Assembly (NCBI GenBank): GCA_000146045.2
Contig: BK006949.2
Coordinates: forward strand, 160,001-224,000
Direction: 5' to 3'
Length of the DNA stretch: 64,000 nucleotides
Origin: TPA_inf: Saccharomyces
Lineage: Eukaryota
Shown: piece by piece, positions 23,597-34,145 of the stretch
Position numbering within the stretch: the stretch's first letter is position 1
Layout: every line of letters begins with the position of its first letter
Position numbers and translations under genes: made by a program
Notes under the pieces: generated by a model
What the model saw: the letters and a program-made list of their open reading frames with translations, nothing else
Told to the model about the DNA's origin: nothing
The model's database searches: none

Positions 23597-24679
23597 TTAC
23601 ATAACAACGCACTCACTTTTCTCTTTTTCAGAAGCTTTTGCATTGAGAAGGCTGCTTCTTCGCTTAAACTTGTCTTTTTTGACTGGTGCGTGTATTTCTG
23701 AGTTTTTTTTGTGAGAATGGATTTTCCTTTTTGCTTCAAATTTCGTAACACGTTCTTGTTCTTGTTCCTGTAACTGTTTGGCTAGTTCTTTATCGTTTTC
23801 AATTTGCTGAATTTCTTCAAGTAGCAAATTTCCAGTTCCAAAATCACGTTCAATGTCAGTTGACAATTGCTGTCCATTTACCTCTGCTGCACTAAAGTTA
23901 CCGGCAAAAAAAGCATCGCAGGAGCCGTCCACCGAATCTAGGGATTGCCATACAATATCTTTACAATTTTTATAACCAAAGTCCGTAACCAATGTGTATA
24001 ATCGATCTTCGTATTTGAACAATGTAGAAAAATGGTCATTTCTGAATAAAATGGAGAATTTGTTGTGTAGCAGCTTTTCTCTCAATCGTAGGAGTCCAAA
24101 GGCGGTCAACTGAGTCGGTGATTCGTTCAAAAACAGACCCAAATGCATGGCATCACGTAAAACTTCGTCCGAGTTTTCATCTTGGGAAATTCCACAATTT
24201 ATATCAGCTGCTTGTGTTAAGATTCTCTGCGCAGATTCATAAGAATAATGAGATAGTTTCTCATCAATGTTTTCATTTATGAAACTGTTGATAACCCAGC
24301 CATGGACAACATCAACGTTAAACAATCGAAATATTGACATCTCTTTAGTATTTTCAAAAGACCCATTAAACTCAGGGTTAATATTTAAACCTTCATGTAA
24401 TCTAGGTAACAAACTTAGTAACTCACTTATATCAGTACTAGGTTTATCTGTAACTTGTAAAGCGATATCTGCTAAGACTTCAATAAGTTCTTTTAAAGAT
24501 ATTTGACTTCCCTTATTTACCAACCTTATTAACTCATTGGAAAAACGTGTATGATCTGGTGAAAGTATTAGAATATTTGCAAGTGCTAACAAGGCACAAG
24601 GTCCGTTTTCGTTTTGCAGTAATATTCGATGGTTTTGACCATTAATTTTGACACTTTTAGTCGTGAAACTTAAATCCAT
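23597..24679 (-). CDS. MIY1: MINDY-family K48-specific deubiquitinase (YPL191C)
   Basis: The first ATG is at 24679 (MDLSFTTKSVKINGQNHRILLQNENGPCALLALANILIL..), giving 360 aa. The ORF-track start at 24694 is TTG. Catalytic Cys lies in the QNENGPCALLA motif. Confidence 0.8.
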   Translation of the reverse strand: MDLSFTTKSVKINGQNHRILLQNENGPCALLALANILILSPDHTRFSNELIRLVNKGSQISLKELIEVLADIALQVTDKPSTDISELLSLLPRLHEGLNINPEFNGSFENTKEMSIFRLFNVDVVHGWVINSFINENIDEKLSHYSYESAQRILTQAADINCGISQDENSDEVLRDAMHLGLFLNESPTQLTAFGLLRLREKLLHNKFSILFRNDHFSTLFKYEDRLYTLVTDFGYKNCKDIVWQSLDSVDGSCDAFFAGNFSAAEVNGQQLSTDIERDFGTGNLLLEEIQQIENDKELAKQLQEQEQERVTKFEAKRKIHSHKKNSEIHAPVKKDKFKRRSSLLNAKASEKEKSECVVM

Positions 24680-25316
24680 GAAAAGATATTGCAATAAACA
24701 AGAATTGCAGTGATGTGAATCTACTTTGAGCTGTTCTTTAAAGCGCCTTGTAGAATGGGCATTTTGTCCAACGTTTTCAAGACCCTTTTTTCGTACTGCT
24801 CGCTGTTAATACTGCGAAACTAAAATAAACGACAGGCAGATGACTAAAACAAATCAAACAAGAACCTCTAGGGAAAGGTGTCCTAAGCGCGGAACTTCTT
24901 TTCGTTATGGGGTAAATAGAGCGGTACTTAATAATCTGTTTACAAAGCAATTTTACAAAGTTTTGATATAAGAACATTTAACTAAAGAGAAGAAAAAGAA
25001 ATGAAAAGCCATTCTCTTGGCAGAGGAAACAAATGAAGAGGTGCGTGTAAGTGAAATAAATAGACCAAATAGCATTTGATAAGGAAGAAATAAAAGAAAT
25101 TTATAACAGGGTAAAGAGTTTTTCGTTCTGAAAGAGATGCAGCAATAGTAAGAATTAAGTCCTAGTCCAATTTGGGAAGGGAAAACGATTAAAGCATAAA
25201 CCGCTATGTCGAATTTATGCAAACCATATCAATCTACTTTCCTTAAAAATTTTTCGTCCAATTAAAAGAATTCAAGTATAATGTACAAGAAATGGAAAAG
25301 ATTGAAAAAAGGGAGT

Positions 25317-27725
25317 CTATTTTTGTAGTTTTGCTAAACTATCTAATAGACTTTGAACATTATTGCCAGCAGGTTGCTGTTGCTGTTGCTGTTGCTGTTG
25401 TTGTTGTTGTTGTTGTTGTTGAGGTGGCGGAGGTTGGTGTGACATTGGTGGGGCAGAGGGTTTTGCAGATATATTTTGACCATTGTAATTGGTACTCATA
25501 GGAGGGGGAGAGGATGAGTTCATAGAGGAATATCCACCCAACTGTTGTTGCTGTTGTTGAGGAGCCTGGCCTTGCATTGATTGTATTAAACCAACCAATT
25601 GCTGCTGAGCATGAGGTTGTTGTTGCTGTTGTTGGGCCATTGAAAGCAAATTCGATACAACGTTAGGTGGAAGGTTTTGAATGGCAGATAATAGTTGTTG
25701 CTGGTCCATTGGAGTTTGAGAAGGTGGTTGAGGAGGCGGACCAGCCTGATAACGACCATACCCTTGAGGAATTTGTTGTTGTGGAGGTGGTGGTGGAATA
25801 GAAGTCTGGTAGCGACCGTAGCTCTGATTCATTGGAATTGGAGGTTGAGAACCATATCCTTGGTCATGGGATGGTGGTGGCATCCCATAATTACCATATG
25901 GCTGTTGCTGTTGTTGTTGTGGAGGAGGCATACTGTAACCCTGGTAATAGTTTGTTTGAGGAGGAGGTCCGACAGCTGGGCCGTTTGGAACAGGAAGAGG
26001 AGGAGCGCCATATATGTTTTGCTGATGGCTCATAGCACGGTAATCAGTAGGACGAGAATTATTTCTGTTGTTTTTGATGTTATTAAAAATGGCAACTGCG
26101 TCATCAGCGGATATGCTAATATATTCATCAAATTTCGTTTCACCTTGTGAGCCTTTGTAGAAAGTTTGAACATCTACATTGTGTGTTTTATTAACTAAAA
26201 CAACGCCCCACACCCCATTATATGCGGCATCATTGATAAGCTTTCCCAGTTCCATTCTTGGTTTCAAGAAAATCATATCAGTTTCCAAACCAGTCCCGTC
26301 CCTAAACCTGTTGAAAACCTCAATGGCATACGTACGATCTGCGGTTCTTTTAACGAAAATGTTGCAAGAAACGGTGTGTCTTCTGGATTTCTTGTAGCCA
26401 GCACCATTGTCGTCATTGTACATGTCACCAGATTCAGTTTGAAATGGTCGTTTTGCGGAAGAAATAAAAGTAGAACTACTGTTTGTACCGTGATCACCAT
26501 GATCAAATTGAGGACGAGCATTCGAGCTAGAAACTTCCAGGATCAACTTTTTGCCAAAGTTCATTTCTTGAGACTCGCATTCAATTGCATCTCTAACGCT
26601 TTGAGGGTTGTCAAACTGAATGAATCCAAAGGCATTTTTGATATTGATTTGCATGATATGACCGTATGGAGAGAAAATCCTAAATAAATCCTCCTTAGAA
26701 ACGTTCTTTAGCGGCAAATTACCAATGAATAATCTTGACTTCGGAGGAATATTGTGCATCTCGGTGATTTTATTTTCACCGTGCAAATAGGCTGCATAAC
26801 GGTCGTGTTCTTCTTCGGTAATCGGCTTAGATAAATCCGCCCTAGGAAATCTCATACGTCTTTGGGCATCTGACAATGGAGGTTTTCTTTGATCATTGCT
26901 TCTTGCGCCGCTTGTGGCTGAGGCGCTAGCTGTTGTTGAGATAGTACTATCATGAGGAGGTACGGAAAGAGCTGTGTCAGAATTTGAATTTAACATTGCT
27001 AAAATCGCAGACATCTTTTCTTCTTGAGGTAAATGTTGAAACTGAGGCAAATTTAGCATGTTACTGTCCATAATGTACTTGACTTGCTTTTGTAAAAGAT
27101 CGTAATTAACATTTTCCATATTAGTTGGAAAGTGAGTATTATCATTTTCTTCACGAGTTATTTTTTTTATAGCTTCATCTACGTCCTTTTGTTCTTTTTC
27201 CAATGTTTCACGGCGAAGTTCGACCTCTTTATCTTTGGTTTTATCCTTTTTGTCTTCCTCATCCTCACCGTCTTCAGCGGCACTATCTGAGCCTACCGAA
27301 CTGTTGTCGTTGCCTTCTTCTTCTTCTTCTTCTTCTTCTTCTTCATCATCATCGTCGTCATCATCATCATCGTCATCATCCTCTTCTTCCTCTTCTTCCT
27401 CTTCATTATCATCATCGTCATCATCATTTCCGCCTTTTTGTTGATGTTCTTCTTCTTCTTCTTCTTCTGTGTTTATTACTTCCCCGTTTTCCTCTCCTTT
27501 TTCCTCCTTATCTTCCTCCTCTTCATCGTTCACATCTTCCAGTTCGTGTTGTTCTTCATTTTCCTCCTCCCTTTCGGCTTCTCTTTCTTCCTCTGGGGCG
27601 TCAAATTCGATTCCATCGTCTGCGCTTGAGTTATTCATCAATTCATTCTCGTTAGAGTTACTATCGACGGATAGTTCAGGTGAAGGAATATCTTGAACAT
27701 CACTGTTATGGTTTTCATCTGACAT
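25317..27725 (-). CDS. NAB3: Nrd1-Nab3-Sen1 termination complex RNA-binding protein
   Basis: 802 aa. N-terminal D/E-rich tract (DDDDDDNEEEEEEEEDDDDDDDDDDDDEEEEEEEEEE). RRM (LFIGNLPLKNVSKEDLFRIFSPYGHIMQINIKNAFGFIQFDNPQSVRDAIE). P/Q-rich C-terminus ending in Q16. Confidence 0.92.
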   Translation of the reverse strand: MSDENHNSDVQDIPSPELSVDSNSNENELMNNSSADDGIEFDAPEEEREAEREEENEEQHELEDVNDEEEEDKEEKGEENGEVINTEEEEEEEHQQKGGNDDDDDDNEEEEEEEEDDDDDDDDDDDDEEEEEEEEEEGNDNSSVGSDSAAEDGEDEEDKKDKTKDKEVELRRETLEKEQKDVDEAIKKITREENDNTHFPTNMENVNYDLLQKQVKYIMDSNMLNLPQFQHLPQEEKMSAILAMLNSNSDTALSVPPHDSTISTTASASATSGARSNDQRKPPLSDAQRRMRFPRADLSKPITEEEHDRYAAYLHGENKITEMHNIPPKSRLFIGNLPLKNVSKEDLFRIFSPYGHIMQINIKNAFGFIQFDNPQSVRDAIECESQEMNFGKKLILEVSSSNARPQFDHGDHGTNSSSTFISSAKRPFQTESGDMYNDDNGAGYKKSRRHTVSCNIFVKRTADRTYAIEVFNRFRDGTGLETDMIFLKPRMELGKLINDAAYNGVWGVVLVNKTHNVDVQTFYKGSQGETKFDEYISISADDAVAIFNNIKNNRNNSRPTDYRAMSHQQNIYGAPPLPVPNGPAVGPPPQTNYYQGYSMPPPQQQQQQPYGNYGMPPPSHDQGYGSQPPIPMNQSYGRYQTSIPPPPPQQQIPQGYGRYQAGPPPQPPSQTPMDQQQLLSAIQNLPPNVVSNLLSMAQQQQQQPHAQQQLVGLIQSMQGQAPQQQQQQLGGYSSMNSSSPPPMSTNYNGQNISAKPSAPPMSHQPPPPQQQQQQQQQQQQQQQQPAGNNVQSLLDSLAKLQK

Positions 27726-28306
27726 GGCTTGCAGATGGTTATTATATTATGAAAGGACAGTCCGGGAAAAACGTAAGTCAATTATTATATTTTGACCAAA
27801 GAAAATCGCTTGTTGCTGTGCAGAATCTAATAAAGATGCTCAAGATAGCTTTTATTAGACCTTCATTTAGAAGTGGCAAAATCAAATGAATTGTTTTTTG
27901 TCCTTTGCTTCTTCCGCTTCATTTTCTCTTCAACAATTCAGGGTTACACTCAATCACGTGGGATACCATAATTTATCGTTCTACAAAAAAATGCAAGCAC
28001 GAACTAGGGCGGTAGTTAGGAAGCGAATAAGAATAGCGCTTTTTCGTTTCAATTTGGAATATTAAAGAGTGATATTATTAATGGTTTTCTTTTTTGGAAT
28101 GTGATCTATATACATATTTAAATAGTCTCTTTTGTATTTGTGGTGTCATAATGAAACTGCATCACACCAGATGCTTACCCATACAGAAAGTCGATTGATT
28201 ATGAAACTTGAAGTAGCGAAGATTACGGCACTCGAAAATAAATAAAAAGAGGAAATAAAAGAGATAGAATACAACTTATCAAAAGTTCCAGATAGCCCGT
28301 ACCTGT

Positions 28307-28513
28307 TTAAATCTTTTTACTTAAAGCATCCTTCCTCTTTAACTCCTGCTCATGAGCAAGCTGAAGCTTGTGTTGCTGTACAGCTGGTGAATCAGAATCC
28401 ACTGAATGTGCTGGACATGGCAGCACAGAACCGATGGCCACTGATGCGAATGCAATGAGAAATGTAGAAAAGTATAGGTTATTGACTATTTTGTTTCTAG
28501 TGACTGCTCTCAT
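28307..28513 (-). CDS. COA2: Small mitochondrial cytochrome c oxidase assembly factor (YPL189C-A)
   Basis: 68-aa ORF, ATG at 28513. Single hydrophobic segment (LYFSTFLIAFASVAIGSVL). Sits in the NAB3-GUP2 intergenic region where YPL189C-A is annotated. Confidence 0.6.
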   Translation of the reverse strand: MRAVTRNKIVNNLYFSTFLIAFASVAIGSVLPCPAHSVDSDSPAVQQHKLQLAHEQELKRKDALSKKI

Positions 28514-29153
28514 GATATGTGTCTGAATTAAACTAATTGGCCTTCCGTGCCTGTAAATTCAATAAATAAATAGGATGTTAAATTTTCCTAATGTGTCTCG
28601 AGGTGCTTATGTTATCGTGCAAGCGCTGAGTTCGAAACGCTGTTTTGATGAATATCCTATATATATCAAAAGTACAAACACGGGGAAAGAGAGCCATCCC
28701 ATCAAAAAAAATAAAAAAAGAAAACCCTTGCAGAAGGAGAACTGGTGTAGAGGTTTCCGGTCTTAATGGACTTAAGCACGTGACTTTTAAAACCCATGCA
28801 TCGGTTACTATGGTTACCATTACTTACGATTTTTTTTTTTTCGTTATGAACCCTGTGCCCGAGGGGTTTTCAGGCACATAGATCAAAGTTCTACTCGTTT
28901 ACCTGTAATCTTGGCGCGTTTAGGTCTCTTTTTTTTTCTTTTTTTTTTCTTCTTTTTTCATTTGTACTGCGTTATAGTTGTTTATGGAAGGTACCAATGG
29001 TGAATATGGAAAAAATGAAGTCAAATAGAAGAAGAAAGAGAAGCTAGCTTTGAGGTAGGTACTGTTTTGAGGGTTTTTGGGTGCTTCAAATTTGTCTTCT
29101 CAACTACCTTATTATAGGGCTCAAAAATAATTGACGTCATCGCTACAAGTCAG

Positions 29154-30983
29154 ATGTCGATGTTAAGAATCTGGAGTTGCATCGTACATTTCTTTTCCGT
29201 GCAGGCACTTGATTCACGAATAAAGCCAGACATTGAATTCAAAAGGCGACAAAGGATATTTATCAATTCATCTAAAGAAGAGAATGGTTCATCTTCTAGT
29301 GCCGTTACTGTTACCCGTAACCCTGTGCTCAGCTCTAATAGCCCATCTCCTCCGCTATGGAATACATGGGAATTTAGACTATATTATTTGGCGTTCACCG
29401 TAGTAGTTCCTTTCATGATAAAGGCGGCATTGGCTACGAGCTCCGAGTCTAATCCAAACTACTATAAATTCAGCGGACTGCTAGCCCATGGTTGGATTCT
29501 GGGCCGCAAAGTGGATAACAGCGATCCTCAGTATAGGTTTTTTAGATCCAATTTTTTTTTGTTGGCCATCTTAATATTACTACAAATTATATTAAAAAAG
29601 GTTTTTGTTAAATTTAGTAAAATTCCGAAAACAAAATTCGATTTTGCGTGTGGATTAGTTTTTGTCTGTTTCATGTACGGGATCAATTCTGTTAAGCTCT
29701 TTACGCATGCTTTTATTTTCTTCACTTTGGCACATTCGCTAAAGAGAAAGCGTTTGATAGCCGCTTTTGCGATTTGGTCCTATGGTATCTTTACACTATT
29801 CATCAATCAAAAAATGAAAAATCTCCCCTTTAATAATATTGCTATCATCCTAAGTCCCATGGATCAATGGTATAAGGGTATCGTTCCTCGATGGGATTTT
29901 TTTTTCAATTTTACATTATTGCGTTTGTTAAGTTACTCCATGGATTTTTTGGAAAGATGGCATGAACAATTGAGCCGCCAACCTTCGATAGATTACGATG
30001 ATAGACGACCTGAATTCAGAAAAAGTTTATCTGGTTCTACTCTACAAACCATTTATGAGTCAGGTAAGAATGTTCTGGAGGAAAAGGAACGACTGGTAGC
30101 AGAACATCACATCCAGGATTACAACTTTATCAATTTTATCGCTTATATTACTTACGCGCCATTGTTTTTAGTGGGCCCAATTATCACTTTTAATGACTAC
30201 CTTTATCAATCAGAAAATAAGCTTCCTTCGCTAACGAAAAAAAACATAGGCTTCTATGCCCTCAAAGTATTTTCGAGTTTGCTTTTGATGGAAATTATCC
30301 TACATTATATCTATGTGGGTGCAATAGCAAGGACCAAGGCATGGAACAATGATACACCCTTGCAACAGGCTATGATCGCGCTGTTCAACTTGAACATTAT
30401 GTATTTAAAACTTTTGATCCCATGGAGGCTCTTTCGGCTGTGGGCCATGGTCGATGGTATTGATGCACCTGAAAATATGCTACGATGTGTGGATAATAAT
30501 TATAGTACAGTGGGATTCTGGAGAGCCTGGCATACAAGTTTTAACAAGTGGGTAATCCGTTACATCTATGTTCCATTTGGCGGGTCCAATAACAAAATAT
30601 TAACGAGCTTTGCCGTATTCTCATTTGTAGCAATATGGCATGACATCCAATTACGAGTGTTGTTTTGGGGGTGGTTAACAGTCCTTTTATTATTAGGCGA
30701 AACCTACATTACTAACTGTTTTAGTAGATATAGATTCAGAAGCTGGTACAGGTTTGTTTGCGGTATCGGTGCTGCAATAAATATTTGCATGATGATGATT
30801 ATTAATGTCTATGGATTTTGCTTGGGTGCAGAGGGAACGAAGCTTCTATTGAAGGGCATATTTAACAATTCACATAGTCCGGAGTTTTTGACTGCGGTAA
30901 TGGTAAGCCTATTTATTGCTGTTCAGGTAATGTTTGAGATTAGAGAAGAAGAAAAAAGACATGGCATCAACTTGAAATGTTGA
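29154..30983 (+). CDS. GUP2: MBOAT-family membrane O-acyltransferase
   Basis: 609 aa, multi-pass membrane protein. MBOAT hallmark region (WRAWHTSFNKWVIRYIYVPFGG .. AIWHD). Confidence 0.85.
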   Translation: MSMLRIWSCIVHFFSVQALDSRIKPDIEFKRRQRIFINSSKEENGSSSSAVTVTRNPVLSSNSPSPPLWNTWEFRLYYLAFTVVVPFMIKAALATSSESNPNYYKFSGLLAHGWILGRKVDNSDPQYRFFRSNFFLLAILILLQIILKKVFVKFSKIPKTKFDFACGLVFVCFMYGINSVKLFTHAFIFFTLAHSLKRKRLIAAFAIWSYGIFTLFINQKMKNLPFNNIAIILSPMDQWYKGIVPRWDFFFNFTLLRLLSYSMDFLERWHEQLSRQPSIDYDDRRPEFRKSLSGSTLQTIYESGKNVLEEKERLVAEHHIQDYNFINFIAYITYAPLFLVGPIITFNDYLYQSENKLPSLTKKNIGFYALKVFSSLLLMEIILHYIYVGAIARTKAWNNDTPLQQAMIALFNLNIMYLKLLIPWRLFRLWAMVDGIDAPENMLRCVDNNYSTVGFWRAWHTSFNKWVIRYIYVPFGGSNNKILTSFAVFSFVAIWHDIQLRVLFWGWLTVLLLLGETYITNCFSRYRFRSWYRFVCGIGAAINICMMMIINVYGFCLGAEGTKLLLKGIFNNSHSPEFLTAVMVSLFIAVQVMFEIREEEKRHGINLKC

Positions 30984-31405
30984 TCTAGTTATTAGATAAG
31001 CTATGAAAGTCAATCCTTTTAATCGAGAATGTAAATATGTGGAATACACAATTTTAACCAAAGTACTATATATGCGTTACAAGTAATTTAAATTTAAGTT
31101 CACCGAAGTAAAACTAACTGCAAGATTGTTACAAAGAACAATGCACTATTTAAATCACACAATGGCTATTGAAAACTGTAACTGTCAGAAATGCTGCATG
31201 TATCTATATGCATCACTAAGTTGCGACTTTTAAGAAACTTCCACAGTTCTCAACTCTTCTTTGTGCTTTTCACACATTTTCACAATTTTCCGAAATCTCC
31301 AAATTGAAAAAAAAATAAAAATAAAAAAAGGCAGGAGAAGACTAAGTATTCATTATTCGCTGTTTCATAAATAAAAGGATAAAAAGGTTAAGGATACTGA
31401 TTAAA

Positions 31406-32650
31406 ATGTTTGTCAGGGTTAAATTGAATAAACCAGTAAAATGGTATAGGTTCTATAGTACGTTGGATTCACATTCCCTAAAGTTACAGAGCGGCTCGAA
31501 GTTTGTAAAAATAAAGCCAGTAAATAACTTGAGGAGTAGTTCATCAGCAGATTTCGTGTCCCCACCAAATTCCAAATTACAATCTTTAATCTGGCAGAAC
31601 CCTTTACAAAATGTTTATATAACTAAAAAACCATGGACTCCATCCACAAGAGAAGCGATGGTTGAATTCATAACTCATTTACATGAGTCATACCCCGAGG
31701 TGAACGTCATTGTTCAACCCGATGTGGCAGAAGAAATTTCCCAGGATTTCAAATCTCCTTTGGAGAATGATCCCAACCGACCTCATATACTTTATACTGG
31801 TCCTGAACAAGATATCGTAAACAGAACAGACTTATTGGTGACATTGGGAGGTGATGGGACTATTTTACACGGCGTATCAATGTTCGGAAATACGCAAGTT
31901 CCTCCGGTTTTAGCATTTGCTCTGGGCACTCTGGGCTTTCTATCACCGTTTGATTTTAAGGAGCATAAAAAGGTCTTTCAGGAAGTAATCAGCTCTAGAG
32001 CCAAATGTTTGCATAGAACACGGCTAGAATGTCATTTGAAAAAAAAGGATAGCAACTCATCTATTGTGACCCATGCTATGAATGACATATTCTTACATAG
32101 GGGTAATTCCCCTCATCTCACTAACCTGGACATTTTCATTGATGGGGAATTTTTGACAAGAACGACAGCAGATGGTGTTGCATTGGCCACTCCAACGGGT
32201 TCCACAGCATATTCATTATCAGCAGGTGGATCTATTGTTTCCCCATTAGTCCCTGCTATTTTAATGACACCAATTTGTCCTCGCTCTTTGTCATTCCGAC
32301 CACTGATTTTGCCTCATTCATCCCACATTAGGATAAAGATAGGTTCCAAATTGAACCAAAAACCAGTCAACAGTGTGGTAAAACTTTCTGTTGATGGTAT
32401 TCCTCAACAGGATTTAGATGTTGGTGATGAAATTTATGTTATAAATGAGGTCGGCACTATATACATAGATGGTACTCAGCTTCCGACGACAAGAAAAACT
32501 GAAAATGACTTTAATAATTCAAAAAAGCCTAAAAGGTCAGGGATTTATTGTGTCGCCAAGACCGAGAATGACTGGATTAGAGGAATCAATGAACTTTTAG
32601 GATTCAATTCTAGCTTTAGGCTGACCAAGAGACAGACTGATAATGATTAA
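31406..32650 (+). CDS. POS5: Mitochondrial NADH kinase
   Basis: 414 aa. NAD-kinase motifs GGDGT (TLGGDGTILH) and the NE/D short motif. N-terminal presequence-like region. Confidence 0.85.
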   Translation: MFVRVKLNKPVKWYRFYSTLDSHSLKLQSGSKFVKIKPVNNLRSSSSADFVSPPNSKLQSLIWQNPLQNVYITKKPWTPSTREAMVEFITHLHESYPEVNVIVQPDVAEEISQDFKSPLENDPNRPHILYTGPEQDIVNRTDLLVTLGGDGTILHGVSMFGNTQVPPVLAFALGTLGFLSPFDFKEHKKVFQEVISSRAKCLHRTRLECHLKKKDSNSSIVTHAMNDIFLHRGNSPHLTNLDIFIDGEFLTRTTADGVALATPTGSTAYSLSAGGSIVSPLVPAILMTPICPRSLSFRPLILPHSSHIRIKIGSKLNQKPVNSVVKLSVDGIPQQDLDVGDEIYVINEVGTIYIDGTQLPTTRKTENDFNNSKKPKRSGIYCVAKTENDWIRGINELLGFNSSFRLTKRQTDND

Positions 32651-32966
32651 ACGCTCTGAATGCAAAGATTCAATGAGATTCTCTAAGAATTCTATTGATA
32701 AGATTTAAAGGTATTTGACAAGTAGAGATCTTTATTTTTTCTTGCATTTTGTCTAGAGAAATCTCAACTGACATACTCGACATGAAATTTTTGGTATTGT
32801 GTCTTTTATTCTATTGCTTTAAGAAAACTGTGACATATAGGGAAGACATGCTTAACAAGAAGATATAATTATATAATATATATATTATTAATAATAACAT
32901 CCTTACTGCAGTCCTGTTGTGGGAGAAAATGGAGAGAGACTATGTTTCGTATCAATTCCTAAAATC

Positions 32967-32986
32967 AAAAAAAAAAAAAAAAAAAA
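32967..32986. repeat. Poly(dA:dT) tract, A20, between POS5 and MF(ALPHA)1
   Basis: A run of 20 read directly. Such tracts are typical nucleosome-excluding promoter or terminator elements. Confidence 0.9.
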
Positions 32987-33282
32987 GTTAAACAAGCACT
33001 CGCTGTTCATTTGTTTTACAAGTATTCATACTCTAATAGGTCATTGAGCTTCTTTTCTTGAGGAGAGATCCAATTTGAAGTCGGAATAAGATTTGCTTTC
33101 ATTAGCGTAGGCAATAATTATGAGATAAATGGTGCAGCACTATTAAGTAGTGTGGATTTCAATAATTTCCGAATTAGGAATAAATGCGCTAAATAGACAT
33201 CCCGTTCTCTTTGGTAATCTGCATAATTCTGATGCAATATCCAACAACTATTTGTGCAATTATTTAACAAAATCCAATTAAC

Positions 33283-33348
33283 TTTCCTAATTAGTCCTTC
33301 AATAGAACATCTGTATTCCTTTTTTTTATGAACACCTTCCTAATTAGG
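33283..33348 (+). promoter_or_regulatory. MF(ALPHA)1: Pair of Mcm1/alpha1 (P'Q-type) CC(A/T)6GG-like elements in the MF(ALPHA)1 UAS. A TATA element lies further downstream.
   Basis: TTTCCTAATTAGT at 33283-33295. TTCCTAATTAGG (CCTAATTAGG is a perfect CC(A/T)6GG) at 33337-33348. These sit 300-365 bp upstream of the ATG. TATATAAG at 33520-33527. Confidence 0.7.
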
Positions 33349-33647
33349 CCATCAACGACAGTAAATTTTGCCGAATTTAATAGCTTCTACTGAAAAACAG
33401 TGGACCATGTGAAAAGATGCATCTCATTTATCAAACACATAATATTCAAGTGAGCCTTACTTCAATTGTATTGAAGTGCAAGAAAACCAAAAAGCAACAA
33501 CAGGTTTTGGATAAGTACATATATAAGAGGGCCTTTTGTTCCCATCAAAAATGTTACTGTTCTTACGATTCATTTACGATTCAAGAATAGTTCAAACAAG
33601 AAGATTACAAACTATCAATTTCATACACAATATAAACGATTAAAAGA

Positions 33648-34145
33648 ATGAGATTTCCTTCAATTTTTACTGCAGTTTTATTCGCAGCATCCTCCGCATT
33701 AGCTGCTCCAGTCAACACTACAACAGAAGATGAAACGGCACAAATTCCGGCTGAAGCTGTCATCGGTTACTTAGATTTAGAAGGGGATTTCGATGTTGCT
33801 GTTTTGCCATTTTCCAACAGCACAAATAACGGGTTATTGTTTATAAATACTACTATTGCCAGCATTGCTGCTAAAGAAGAAGGGGTATCTTTGGATAAAA
33901 GAGAGGCTGAAGCTTGGCATTGGTTGCAACTAAAACCTGGCCAACCAATGTACAAGAGAGAAGCCGAAGCTGAAGCTTGGCATTGGCTGCAACTAAAGCC
34001 TGGCCAACCAATGTACAAAAGAGAAGCCGACGCTGAAGCTTGGCATTGGCTGCAACTAAAGCCTGGCCAACCAATGTACAAAAGAGAAGCCGACGCTGAA
34101 GCTTGGCATTGGTTGCAGTTAAAACCCGGCCAACCAATGTACTAA
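33648..34145 (+). CDS. MF(ALPHA)1: Prepro-alpha-factor mating pheromone precursor with four mature-peptide repeats
   Basis: 165 aa. Signal peptide MRFPSIFTAVLFAASSALA. Pro region with N-glycosylation sites. Four units of KR-EA(EA)EA-WHWLQLKPGQPMY. Confidence 0.97.
   Translation: MRFPSIFTAVLFAASSALAAPVNTTTEDETAQIPAEAVIGYLDLEGDFDVAVLPFSNSTNNGLLFINTTIASIAAKEEGVSLDKREAEAWHWLQLKPGQPMYKREAEAEAWHWLQLKPGQPMYKREADAEAWHWLQLKPGQPMYKREADAEAWHWLQLKPGQPMY
33897..34142 (+). repeat. MF(ALPHA)1: Coding tandem repeat: 4 units (57+63+63+63 nt), each encoding a Kex2/Ste13 spacer plus WHWLQLKPGQPMY
   Basis: Units are 33897-33953, 33954-34016, 34017-34079, 34080-34142. Units 2 and 3 are nearly identical at the DNA level. 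Units 1 and 4 carry synonymous differences (TTG vs CTG, AAA vs AAG, CCT/CCC). Confidence 0.95.

Noticed and set aside
27203-27696. Four overlapping + strand ORFs (poly-S, poly-L, poly-H/R) inside NAB3
   Set aside because: They are antisense of the D/E trinucleotide tract of NAB3 and are purely compositional.
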